Assembly: GCA_963727625.1 (NCBI GenBank)
Contig: CAVSHR010000003.1
Coordinates: forward strand, 1-64,000
DNA from: an uncultured delta proteobacterium
GTDB taxonomy: Bacteria > Desulfobacterota > Binatia > UBA9968
Length of the DNA stretch: 64,000 nucleotides
Reading direction: 5' to 3'
Part shown: positions 10,260-20,156 of the stretch, piece after piece
Layout of the letters: each line of letters begins with the position of its first letter
How positions within the stretch are numbered: position 1 is the first letter of the stretch
Made by a program: the position numbers and the translations under genes
Notes under the pieces: generated by a model
Database searches by the model: none
What the model was told of the DNA's origin: nothing
Seen by the model: only the letters and a program-made list of their open reading frames with translations

Positions 10260-12179
10260 TTACCACTTGCCGGCCACGGGAAGATCACCTGGCTGCCCAA
10301 AGCCTGTGATGTATTTATCAACATCGGCGCCATCCCATTGGCCGTTGCCGTTGAAGTCCAAGAACCATTCTCCGGTGGCAGCTCTTAGCACGCCGATCTT
10401 CGCCGTGCCGTTGCCGTTCCAGTCCCCCACGATCGGCAGATCACCGGGTGAGCCGAACGGACCATAGCACCGGTCGATCGTACAACTATCGGCCTTTCCG
10501 TTGCCGTTGGCGTCCAGCATCCACATACCGGTCTGCGGGGTGAATACACCGATCTGCGCAATCCCCGCGCCATTCCAGTCGCCCACAACGGGAACATCGC
10601 CCGCTTGGCCAAAGGGGCCCAAACAACGATCCCGGTGGCAACCATCCCATTTGTCGTTACCATTACGATCGAAGTACCAGTAACCCGCTGTTGTCGTGGT
10701 GGTCGTCCTATTTTTTCTCTTCCCCTTGGTCTTGGTGGAGGCGACCAGTGTGTAAACCCCGGGAGAAGTTTTCGGCGCGCCGTCCCAACTGCCGACTAAC
10801 GGGGTTTCACGGTTACTCATGTTGTTATTCAAAGCAAAGTTAAAGCAAGTCTCTTGCGAGCATCCTTGCCCAGTCAAATCTCCGTTGGTGTCGAGCTCCC
10901 AACTCTTCTGCGTCGTGTCATAGAGGCCGGGGCTGAGTTGACCCGTACCATTCCAATCCCCAACGAGGGGCAGGTCAGTGTCGGCGCCGAATGGTCCGCC
11001 GCAAACATCGGTTGTGCACCCCTGCCACAGACCGGTGGGGTTCGTGATCAGATACCAAGCTCCCGTAGCCGGGCGATAGATGCCAACGTTGGCGACGAGT
11101 TTTTTGGTGAAACTCGCCGAGCACGACTTGTTGCCGTTAAGCGTCACCGAACCGTCGAGACAATCCGCATCGCCGCTCCAACCCGAAAAATCGGTATCAG
11201 TGGCGGGTGTTGCTGTAAGAGCGACGACCGTTCCTTCGGTGAACTCGGCCACGCACTTCGTACCGCAATCGATTCCTGAAGCATGGCTTGTGATCTGGCC
11301 GGTGCCGGTTCCCGTGCGCACGACAGTCAAAGAATAAGTGATTAGTTTGAATGACGCCGTGCAGGTTTTATTGGCACTCATCGTCACCGACCCATCCACG
11401 CAATCGCTATCCCCAGACCAGCCGACGAAGGTGGATCCGGAAGCCGGTGTCGCCTGCAGAGTAACCGCAACTCCGGTCTGAAATGTCACCGAGCACGCGC
11501 TACCACAGTCGATCCCCGCTGGCGAGCTGACGATTTTACCGTTGCCGCTGCCGGCGCTGGTGACGACGCTCACTGAATTTGTCGTTAACAAGTAGCCGGT
11601 AGAATTGGCAGTGAAAGTTGCGGCGCACGACTTGTTGGCGTTCATCGTGAGCGAACCGTCCAGGCAGTCGCTGTCACCGCTCCAGCCCGCAAATGAATAA
11701 TCCCTTGCCGGCACCGCCTGTAAGCTGACCGTCGTGCCGCTCGAGAAATTCGCCACGCATTCCGTGCCGCAACTTATTCCCGACGGGCTGCTGCTCACCG
11801 TGCCGCCGACCTGCGATACGAGAGTCACGCTGTAGGTCGTCACCGGAGGCGGCGGAGTGGTGGCGCAGACCTCGGAGGTGTAAGCCGAGGTACCGGTGTC
11901 GTTAAAGGCATCTACGCGATAGCAATACGTGGTGCTATCGGCAAGGCCGGCGTCACTGTACGAGATCGAATTAACCGGGGCACTGGCAATCGCGATAAAA
12001 GCCCCGTTGACACCGATCTTACGCTCAATGTTGAATCCGGTTTCGTCATTTGAATTATCCGCCCACGATAATTGCGTCACAGCGGCATTTGCTTGGTCCT
12101 CGGGAATCGCCAGCGCGACCAGCGATGACAGCATGATGAGCGAAAAAACGAGAAGAGCTTTAGAAAAATTGTAACGCAC
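10260..12179 (-). CDS. Secreted/surface protein: FN3 domain, three Cys-containing divergent InlB-B-type repeats, C-terminal FG-GAP/VCBS-like 'GDWNG' repeats
   Basis: Signal peptide; 'LSWADNSNDETGF.IER...Y.YRV.AFN'; 3x 'GI.CG..C...F..G..V.L.A.P....F.GWSGD.DC'; repeated 'GD.P..GDWNG'. Start placed at GTG 12179 after GGAGG. Confidence 0.8.
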   Translation of the reverse strand: MRYNFSKALLVFSLIMLSSLVALAIPEDQANAAVTQLSWADNSNDETGFNIERKIGVNGAFIAIASAPVNSISYSDAGLADSTTYCYRVDAFNDTGTSAYTSEVCATTPPPPVTTYSVTLVSQVGGTVSSSPSGISCGTECVANFSSGTTVSLQAVPARDYSFAGWSGDSDCLDGSLTMNANKSCAATFTANSTGYLLTTNSVSVVTSAGSGNGKIVSSPAGIDCGSACSVTFQTGVAVTLQATPASGSTFVGWSGDSDCVDGSVTMSANKTCTASFKLITYSLTVVRTGTGTGQITSHASGIDCGTKCVAEFTEGTVVALTATPATDTDFSGWSGDADCLDGSVTLNGNKSCSASFTKKLVANVGIYRPATGAWYLITNPTGLWQGCTTDVCGGPFGADTDLPLVGDWNGTGQLSPGLYDTTQKSWELDTNGDLTGQGCSQETCFNFALNNNMSNRETPLVGSWDGAPKTSPGVYTLVASTKTKGKRKNRTTTTTTAGYWYFDRNGNDKWDGCHRDRCLGPFGQAGDVPVVGDWNGAGIAQIGVFTPQTGMWMLDANGNGKADSCTIDRCYGPFGSPGDLPIVGDWNGNGTAKIGVLRAATGEWFLDFNGNGQWDGADVDKYITGFGQPGDLPVAGKW

Positions 12180-12242
12180 GGTGTCCTCCCAGCTGGGTCT
12201 GCGCAATCCGAAATTGCACGAGCTGAGTGGAGCACTGTGCGT

Positions 12243-12344
12243 CCTTTCGGCGGCTCTGCTACCATGTCCTGTCCTTGGGCGACAGGAGTTAGGTCAGAAG
12301 CTTTGCGTCCCAACCTTTCGGTTGGTTTGCCTTTATCGTAGACC
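12243..12344 (-). ncRNA. c-di-GMP-I (GEMM-I) riboswitch
   Basis: Minus strand GATAAAGGCAAACCAACC-GAAA-GGTTGGGACGCAAAGCTTCTGACCTAA...ATGGTAGCAGAGCCGCCG has the GCAAA, GNRA loop, GGGACGCAAAGC, CCTAA receptor and 3' CCG signature. Confidence 0.9.
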
Positions 12345-12393
12345 TATTAAAAAACCTTTTATAAACTCATAAACTTACCTAAGTATTATTAAC

Positions 12394-12408
12394 GCAGGAT
12401 GCGTGCCA
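12394..12408 (-). promoter_or_regulatory. sigma54 -24/-12 promoter upstream of the riboswitch
   Basis: TGGCACGCATCCTGC (GG-N10-GC); IHF-like AATCAGTCGCTTA at 12466-12478. Confidence 0.7.
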
Positions 12409-12619
12409 CGCGATTGAGCAGAAGAATCATCAATAGATTCACGTCAAAAGCCCATTTTCCAAGATTAAGCGACTGATTTGCCTAGGCTCGATTACACTCA
12501 ATGCGCACCGACCCATTATATCCGCCGCTGCAAAAGGAGTTTTGCCGCGACCGGTACGCGGTTTTACTGGGTTCCATTCCCTCGAATATCATCGCGGTGG
12601 GTGTTCGGCTGACAATCGG

Positions 12620-12804
12620 AAGGCTAAAATCTTCATTTTCTCTCCCCTTTTGCTGCTGCATCATCTTCACGACCTCGCGCATGCCTTTCAGACCAACCCG
12701 CGGGGGGAATGAAAAATTTTTATGATTGGTATTGTAAATCGCCTCGGCTTCATGAGGATTCGCACGGGTCTCCTTAGCAAAGCGCGTGACAATGCTCTCT
12801 TCTG
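12620..12804 (-). pseudogene. 3' fragment of NitT/TauT-type ABC substrate-binding protein gene split by ISL3
   Basis: 'EESIVTRFAKETRANPHEAEAIYN...FSFPPRVGLKGMREVV' continues the fragment at 16203-16660; left boundary approximate. Confidence 0.7.
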
Positions 12805-13892
12805 GGCTCATCGCGTAATCGAGTGGGTGAATATTGATAGAAAATAGATTTCACAGCCGCGTTGGAATTCAGCGTGAAGGCTTTGCCAGGAGCATGAAAA
12901 ACGGCATGGTAGCTTCATGGCAAGTTCAAACAAGCGGGCTCGACGGTTATCGGATACGTACGGATTTACTGGGTTTCGACCGACGCCCACGGTGCGAGGA
13001 GTTTTCGGTGATCCCAAGGCACGTATCGTCAGCCTTGTACGGCGCTCAAAAAAACTACCTGCGGCAGTTGCGGCAAAGTGCAGCAGGGCTGGTACGATCG
13101 CAGGACTCGGCAGGTTCGCGACCTGTCGTGCGGCGATACCCGGGTGTACCTGGAGTTCGAGGTGCGCCGGGTCTTTTGCCAGAGCTGTGGCAAAGTGAAG
13201 CGCGAGCGCGTGGAGTTTTTGGCGGACAATCCGTTTTACACCAAGCGCTTTGCCTACTATGTGGGCCGGCGCTGTCGTACGGCGACCATCAAAGATGTGG
13301 CCAAGGAACTCAATCTGGACTGGCACTCGGTCAAAGAACTCGACAAGCAGTACATGAAGGCGCAGCTTGCCAAGACGGGAAAACCAAGACCGAAGGTTAT
13401 TGGCATCGACGAGATATCGATTCGCAAGGGGCACACCTATCGGATTGTGGTGAGCGACTTGGAGAAGAGCCGGCCGATCTGGTTTGGTGGTCAGGACCGC
13501 TCGGAGACAAGCTTGAAGCAGTTCTTCGATGAATTGGGAAAAACCAAGTGTGGACGGATTCGCTTGGCAGTGATGGACATGTGGAAACCGTTTCGAAACG
13601 CCACCCAAGCAGGTGCCCCGCACGCGGCGATTCTCTACGACAAGTTTCATGTGATGCGCCACTTGGGCGAGGCGTTGGATCAAGTGAGAAAAAGCGAGTA
13701 CGGGCGGCTGGCGATTCGAGACCGCCGCTTCATCAAGGGGCAGAAGTACACGTTGTTGTCGCGCCGGGAGAACTTGACTCTTAAAGGCCGCCAAGCCTTG
13801 AAGGCTTTGTTCCGGGCCAACAAGCGACTGAACAGTGCGTATCTGCTCAAGGAGTCTTTCGGTCAGCTGTGGAGCTACGAGCGCGAAGGTTG

Positions 13893-15908
13893 GTAGAGTA
13901 GAGAACAGGCGCGACCTTCGGTAGGCGGATCCTTGGCTGTAGCCGTCGTTTCCAACTTCGTGCCCGTTTAGGATCGTCCCTGGAACGCAGTCCTGTTCCC
14001 CCTCATCAAACCGTACTTGCAGGTCTTCCGCATACGGCTTTCCGATCATCTTCATCTCAAGGCATACGAACTCGCCGATAACGAGCATAGCCTGGTATGG
14101 CACATAGTCCCAACTCCTTATAGAGCCGGGATGCCGGCCATTGCATCATGCCATTGCCCTTACGCTGCCGCCGCGTTTGCAGGTACTTGCGCATACGCTG
14201 CTCTAGGAAGAACCGCTGGCGGGCAAACACTCGCGTGCTGTTGTGCAGGTGAAAGTAATTTACCCATCCCTGCACATACCGATTCACCCTCTCGACCACC
14301 TGCTGCTGGGGTAAACAGTGGGTCCATCGTGCTGTTAAGCTGCGCACTTCATCGCGAAAGCGTTGTTCGCTTTTCCGCGAGGGCTCAACCACAACGATCA
14401 TCTTGCCGCTCTTTGAACTTCTCGGGCGCCCAAAACTAAACCCGAGAAATTCAAAGCTCTGCTGGCGCGCATCCAAGACTTGCGTCTTGTCTTCGTTTAA
14501 CTTGAGCGCCAGTTCCTCCAACATCTGCTTGACCTTTTCCCCGGTCCGCTCCACTCTGCCACGCATCAAGATGACAAAATCATCGGCATAGCGGACAAGT
14601 TCGGCCGCCAAGCCCGTGGACTGACAGTATGAACGGAACATCCGGTCAAATAAGTTCAGATAGACATTGGCCAGCAACGGTGAGATCACTCCGCCCTGCG
14701 GGGTTCCCCGCTTAGGCTTGCGAGTCTGCCGCTTGCCTTCCTGGTCTTCTTCCACCACCGCCGCACTCAACCACTGCTTGATCCAGTTTAAGATGTGCCG
14801 GTCGCTGATCCGTTCGGCTATCATCTTAATCAGCTTATCGTGTGCAATGGTGTCAAAATACTGCTGAAGGTCGGCGTCGAGCACGTAGGGGTGCGCGTTG
14901 TAGAGCGCTTGTCGTACGGCTCCGACTGCTTGGTGGGCATCTTTCTTGGGCCGAAACCCATAGCTACAATCCTCGAAGTCCGCTTCAAAGATCGGCTCGA
15001 TGACCAGCTTTACCGCCATTTGCGCTACTCGATCCCGGATCGTCGGTATCCCTAACGCCCTTTTCTTTCCATCGGCCTTGGGAATATAAACCCGCCGCAC
15101 CGGTTGCGCTCGGTAGCTCTTCTCCCTGAGTTCCTGCTTCAGCTTTGCCAAAAACTTCGCTTCGCCTTCTCCAGTCTCAATAGACTGGAATGTCTCCCCG
15201 TCGATGCCGGGGGCTCCCCCGTTGGCTCGCACTAACCGATAGGCGTGTTGGAGAATGTCCTCGCGCCAGACCTTGTCCGCCAACAGATAAAAGCGAAACT
15301 TCGGCTCTGTCTTGGCCTTGAGATACAGTTTGCGCTGGAGGTCTCGAATCTTATCCGGTGTTCCTAGCCTCACGGCAATCACCTCCTCCTTCCCTCGTTA
15401 ACAAACTCGATGAAAGCAGGGCGCCTTCCCTCCACCGGCGTTACCCGGTCTCTTAGGTACTATTCGCCCCTCCGACTTCTCGTCTGCCGGGCTCGGACTT
15501 CGTTTCCTTATACCGAGCCCTTTGCGGCCATCACCCGCGACATACGAGTTCTCCCGCGTTTCCCAGTAAAACTTCCCTCACATCCCGTCCCGACGACCCC
15601 GGAAAGCTCATCTGCGTCCTTTTTCGGCTAGTCCCACACATAACGGCGGCCTTCCCCATCTGACCACAGGGTCGGCGCTTTCACTTTCAAGTAACGAGGC
15701 TCTATGGGTTCCTGGTTAGTACGGCCTGTGAGTTTGCGATTCTCCGTACACTCTTTTCCTTCCTCCTCCTTTCTCTTCGATTCGGAGTTTTCTCGATCCG
15801 CTCAGTCTTGAGAGTCGCCTCGCAAAACCGGATCTTCGCTAGCGGGGTGTGCCGATAATTCCCCGCACCGGACTTTAACCGGTTAGCTTCACTGCTTCCG
15901 CGGCGCAC
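13893..15908 (-). mobile_element. Group II intron (probably bacterial class E), antisense to the ISL3 transposase
   Basis: 5' GTGCG at 15908; 3' ...CTACTCTAC at 13893; domain V GAAAGCCGTATGCGGAAGACCTGCAAGTACGGTTTG (~14007-14042); excision restores the host frame. Confidence 0.93.
14057..15382 (-). CDS. ltrA: Group II intron reverse transcriptase/maturase (no endonuclease domain)
   Basis: 'GAPGIDG', 'LGIPTIRDR', 'SYGFRP', 'GTPQGGVISPLLAN', 'RYADD', 'FLGF'; X domain 'GWVNYF'. Confidence 0.95.
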   Translation of the reverse strand: MIAVRLGTPDKIRDLQRKLYLKAKTEPKFRFYLLADKVWREDILQHAYRLVRANGGAPGIDGETFQSIETGEGEAKFLAKLKQELREKSYRAQPVRRVYIPKADGKKRALGIPTIRDRVAQMAVKLVIEPIFEADFEDCSYGFRPKKDAHQAVGAVRQALYNAHPYVLDADLQQYFDTIAHDKLIKMIAERISDRHILNWIKQWLSAAVVEEDQEGKRQTRKPKRGTPQGGVISPLLANVYLNLFDRMFRSYCQSTGLAAELVRYADDFVILMRGRVERTGEKVKQMLEELALKLNEDKTQVLDARQQSFEFLGFSFGRPRSSKSGKMIVVVEPSRKSEQRFRDEVRSLTARWTHCLPQQQVVERVNRYVQGWVNYFHLHNSTRVFARQRFFLEQRMRKYLQTRRQRKGNGMMQWPASRLYKELGLCAIPGYARYRRVRMP

Positions 15909-16202
15909 GGCCAGGCGTTTCTTTGAGAACTGGAAGGCGGCGCTCAAATGGCAGCGGCTTAGACCCTACGAGAAGTTTGCTGAGATGATCGAGCGTCATT
16001 GGGATGGCGTTGCGGCTTACAGCAGGCCGCAGAACAAAGTGTCGTTGGGATTTGTCGAGGGACTCAACAACAAAATTCGCGTTATCCAAAGACGCGCATA
16101 TGGACTTCGGGACCAAGAATATCTGCGACTTAAAATCCTTACTTCGATGTTGCCGGAGCTGTGAAATCATCAAAATCTACCCACTCGAGTTCACGAAGAC
16201 CC

Positions 16203-16660
16203 TGTTTGAATCCCCTTTTGAAGAACAAAAATCGCTTCGCTCAGCGCTTGCATAAACTGCTTCACTTTATCGCGTTCCTGGTCTAGAAAAGAACGCTGCA
16301 CGATGATCATTTTGTCGGGGAATTCTTTGACAATGTCAGCCAAGTCGGCTACGACGTGGAGTCCCTTATCCACGGCGATTCTAGCGCTATCGTACGGAAG
16401 AACCGTCGCATCCGTGCCGCCAGCGAGTACAGAGGCTATTCGGGATGAGCCGCGGCCGGTGGCGAGCATTTTTACCGAAGTCTCTGGGATTTTCCATTCT
16501 TTCAATGCCATACTAACGACAAATTCGTTAGCCCCTCCTAAAGCGGTAATCCCGATCCTCTTTTTTTCGAGATCCGCAGGTTTTTGCAACTCGTCCTTTG
16601 CGGCCACGATCTTATAAAGGCTTTTATTGAGCACTCCCCCGACAAGAACAGGATTTTCTC
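16203..16660 (-). pseudogene. Middle fragment of NitT/TauT-type ABC substrate-binding protein (5' end lost)
   Basis: 'DLEKKRIGITALGG', 'RIASVLAGGTDATVL', 'GLHVVADL', 'FMQALSEAI'; frameshift near 16637 and no signal peptide. Confidence 0.75.
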
Positions 16661-16868
16661 TATTGATTGACGACTTGCCGGTTAGGGGCTATAGCTCCCG
16701 TCAGAAAAAAGGGGGTAAGTTTCTTTTCACATTCAGCATAGATAAGGGAATCAATGCTAAGCATCTAGTAATTCAAGGTACTATGATACTGCGGTTATAA
16801 AGCTTAGCTCGATAAAATCAACTATAAGAATTATTGCTGTCAATGACAGGCTGATAGATGATGGTCTA

Positions 16869-19301
16869 ATGCGAAACGATCGCCTCAGTGAGGGCGCGCT
16901 CGAAGCACTGCGCAAGAAGTGTCGCGAATTGGAAGTAGAGAATGACCGCCTCCGAAACCTCCTTGCGGAATACGGCGTGGCGCCCGTCTCCTGGTGCGCG
17001 ACATCGTCGGTCGAACCGACAGCGATTAAGTCGTCGCTAAGCACTCCGGAAAAGATCGCCTTATTCCGATCTCTGTTCCGCGGCCGCGATGACGTCTACG
17101 CTCAACGCTGGGAGAGCCCGGACGGGCGCACTGGCTACTCGCCGCGGACGGACCGCGACTGGCAGGCATACCACGCTGCCAAGCCAGCGGACAGAAAACG
17201 TGTTGACAAGGAAACCCGGAAAAACATTCCGCTAACCGACGAAGCCATTCATGCTCACCTCGTTGGGAAGCAAACGCTTGGAGTGTATCCATTGCTTTTG
17301 GATGAGACCTGTTGGTTCTTGGCCGTCGACTTCGACAAGAAGACTTGGAAGGATGATGCCGCTGCGTTCCGGGCCACTTGCCGAGAATTGAATGTGCCTG
17401 CAGCGTTGGAGCGGTCCCGCTCGGGAAATGGTGCGCACATCTGGATATTTTTCGAACGCCCGATACCGGCGGGCCTTGCACGAAGGCTGGGTTCATTGAT
17501 CCTGACGCGCACGATGGAACGGCGCCACCAATTGGGGCTTGACTCCTACGATCGATTCTTCCCCAATCAAGACACGATGCCCAAGGGCGGCTTCGGCAAC
17601 CTGATCGCTTTACCGCTCCAGAAAGGCCCGCGTGATTCTGGGTTCACAGAATTCCTGGATGACGAGTTACGGCCGTATGCCGATCAGTGGGCTTTTCTCT
17701 CGTCGATTCGTCGAGTATCACAATCCCTGGTAGAAAGGCTGATCTCAGAAGCACTTCAGCACGGCGATCTGATTGGCGTTAGGATCGCGACTGTCGATGA
17801 CGAGGATGAGTCTGATCCTTGGACTTTGCCGCCGTCACGCAAGCGGCCCGAAATGCCGATCAAAGGGCCGCTGCCCACGTCCTGCGAAATCGTCCTGGCT
17901 AATTTGGTCTTCATTAACAAGAAGGCGTTGCCGCCGCAGATACTGAATCGCCTTCTTCGAATAGCCGCATTCCAGAATCCGGAATTCTACAAGGCGCAGG
18001 CTATGCGTTTTTCCACTTATGACAAGCCGCGTGTCATCGCCTGTGGCGAGGATTTGGCGAAGCATTTGGCGTTGCCTCGCGGTTGTCTGTCCGATGTGCT
18101 CTCGTTTTTCGAAGGCCATGGAATTAAGCCGATACTTCGCGACAAGCGGCTGGTGGGCAAGCCAATTCAAGTCGAGTTTCACGGCACCTTGCGTCCGGCC
18201 CAAGAGGAAGCCGTCTCCAAAGTTGTACGGCATAACGAGGGACTCATCTGCGCCCCCACTGCATTTGGCAAGACTGCGGTCGCGGCTTGGCTGATCGCGA
18301 AGCGCAAAGTGAATACGCTAATCATGGTTCACCGGCAACAATTGCTTGATCAATGGCGAGAACGGCTGGCAATGTTCTTTGACATTCCGATCGACGAGAT
18401 CGGCCAGATTGGCGGCGGCAAGACTAAACGAAGCGGAAACACTGACGTCGCTGCAATTCAGAGTTTGCATCGCGATCAAGAGGTCAAGGATTTCGTAGCC
18501 GACTACGGTCATGTGATCGTCGATGAATGCCACCACCTAGCGGCGTTCACGTTCGAACGGGTGATGCGTCAAGTGAAAGCCAAGTATGTCGTGGGCCTGA
18601 CCGCGACTCCGACCCGCAAAGATGGCCACCACCCAATCATTTACATGCAATGTGGACCGGCGCGTTACAGTCTTGGTGCTCGCGCGATAACGGATTCGAC
18701 GCCATTCGACCATGTGGTGATTCCGCGGCCCACAGATTTCCGAGTGCCCGAGGAAATGGGCGACGCCACGATCCAAGACATCTACGCTGCGCTCGTGACC
18801 GACGAAGCCCGCAATCACAAAATCGTGTCGGACGTGATCCATGCCGTCGAAGCCGGACGGTCACCACTCCTACTGACAGGGAGAACAGATCACATCAGCC
18901 GTTTGGAAGGAGCCCTGGCTGGCAAGATCAGGAACGTTATTGTCCTCAAGGGAGGGATGGGGCGAAAACAGCGCCGTTCCGTGAACGAGGCTCTCGGCGC
19001 CACACCAGAAGGCGAACAGCGTTTGATCCTCGCAACTGGCAGTTACATCGGCGAGGGTTTCGATGACGCACGCCTGGATACCTTGTTCCTGGCGATGCCG
19101 ATTTCCTGGAAGGGTACGCTCCAACAATACGTCGGGCGCTTGCACCGGCTGTACGACAACAAGCATGTCGTTGAAGTCTACGACTACGTCGACGCTAACG
19201 TTCGCATGTTGGCCCGGATGTATGATCGACGGCTGAAGGGTTATCGCGATATGGGCTACAAAGTTCTCGCCGCCACCGCACAACAGCGCCTTGGCATCTG
19301 A
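16869..19301 (+). CDS. AEP-primase-like domain fused to SF2 DEAD/DEAH helicase (TOTE conflict-system/type III Res-like)
   Basis: 'LFRGRDDVYA', 'FLAVDFD', 'ERSRSGNGAHIWIFF', 'GGFGNLIALPLQ'; helicase 'APTAFGKT', 'DECHH', 'TATP', 'QYVGRLHR'. Confidence 0.88.
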   Translation: MRNDRLSEGALEALRKKCRELEVENDRLRNLLAEYGVAPVSWCATSSVEPTAIKSSLSTPEKIALFRSLFRGRDDVYAQRWESPDGRTGYSPRTDRDWQAYHAAKPADRKRVDKETRKNIPLTDEAIHAHLVGKQTLGVYPLLLDETCWFLAVDFDKKTWKDDAAAFRATCRELNVPAALERSRSGNGAHIWIFFERPIPAGLARRLGSLILTRTMERRHQLGLDSYDRFFPNQDTMPKGGFGNLIALPLQKGPRDSGFTEFLDDELRPYADQWAFLSSIRRVSQSLVERLISEALQHGDLIGVRIATVDDEDESDPWTLPPSRKRPEMPIKGPLPTSCEIVLANLVFINKKALPPQILNRLLRIAAFQNPEFYKAQAMRFSTYDKPRVIACGEDLAKHLALPRGCLSDVLSFFEGHGIKPILRDKRLVGKPIQVEFHGTLRPAQEEAVSKVVRHNEGLICAPTAFGKTAVAAWLIAKRKVNTLIMVHRQQLLDQWRERLAMFFDIPIDEIGQIGGGKTKRSGNTDVAAIQSLHRDQEVKDFVADYGHVIVDECHHLAAFTFERVMRQVKAKYVVGLTATPTRKDGHHPIIYMQCGPARYSLGARAITDSTPFDHVVIPRPTDFRVPEEMGDATIQDIYAALVTDEARNHKIVSDVIHAVEAGRSPLLLTGRTDHISRLEGALAGKIRNVIVLKGGMGRKQRRSVNEALGATPEGEQRLILATGSYIGEGFDDARLDTLFLAMPISWKGTLQQYVGRLHRLYDNKHVVEVYDYVDANVRMLARMYDRRLKGYRDMGYKVLAATAQQRLGI

Positions 19302-20156
19302 TTTCAAGCAAGCCCGCTGCCACAAATTGCACGTATCGATCAGTAATTTCACGCGGCTGGTTCAGCTGGCCAAGGTTCTGCTCGCTCATGCGCGATCAAG
19401 CGGCGCGCGTAAACCAGACAGGCTGCACGTCTTCCATTTCCAGCCACGAGCAAGCGTTTAGTATCTTGTCTACAGAATCCCCTGCAGCTAGTTTCCTTCC
19501 TTTCCGGCGTTGTCTCGTCAGCGCCATTCCATTTGTTTAGAGTTCAGGAGCGAGCGCATTGCGCAGGCCGAATGGTCATCGAGGAACCGAACCCGTGTCC
19601 GAAAACTAAGGATGACACCCCATAAAATGGGTTCGAGACCTCTCAATCAGAGATACGGCACGTCTCGCGTATAATCCTGTTAAACCCGGCTAGCGAGTCG
19701 GCGGTGTTTCCATTTTGTTTCCATAGGAACCGAATTGAGCCAGACAAACTCAATCGTAGCGGCTTTTCGAGCCTCGTTTTTGTTGAATGTTTTCTGATTG
19801 CGTCACGTTGTTTATCGGCTGGTGCTTTTTGACAATCAATCGGACTTATTCCCCGGTTCGTTTTATTCATGGTCAGCGTGGTCGTAGATCATCTGCGACA
19901 CGCTGACCAGTTGGAGTACCTGAGCGGCTTCATTCGACACCGAAGCTGGCTGCCTGGAACAAAGCGCTAAACGAAATACCCGTCACCGGGAGTATCGATT
20001 AAGGCCGCACCTATATTTTGGTCCTGCGACACGCTATCATAGCGTCCATTAGTATCTTCGGTCGAGCTTCGCGTGAACCCCAAGGATTGCGAGCGCCCGT
20101 GACCCTGGAAGAGTCTTCCGAGTTGCCCGCCCAGGATGCTAGGAGGTTAGTCGCAG

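Larger units (their letters stand above)
12917..16164 (+). pseudogene. ISL3 transposase (OrfA 12917, -1 shift at A7 13048-13054, exon 1 to 13892, exon 2 15909-16164)
   Basis: Removing 13893-15908 gives in-frame 'SYEREGW/ARRFFENW...RRAYGLRDQEYLRLKILTSMLPEL*'. Confidence 0.88.
12805..16202 (+). mobile_element. ISL3-family insertion sequence (interrupted by group II intron)
   Basis: Imperfect terminal IRs GGCTCATCGCGTAATCGAGTGGGTGAATATTGAT / GGGTCTTCGTGAACTCGAGTGGGTAGATTTTGAT; transposase motifs 'IGIDE', 'MDMW', 'DKFH', 'VEGLNNKI'. Confidence 0.92.

Noticed and set aside
12243-12344. cGAMP-sensing GEMM-Ib variant
   Set aside because: The discriminator position is G, not A.
12808-14103. 431-aa minus-strand ORF
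   Set aside because: Shadow frame antisense to the ISL3 transposase, running through intron domains V/VI; no protein motifs.
14057-15382. Retron, DGR or defence RT
   Set aside because: It has a maturase X domain, DV/DVI RNA and GTGCG...AC boundaries, so it is an ordinary group II intron; no TR/VR pair seen.
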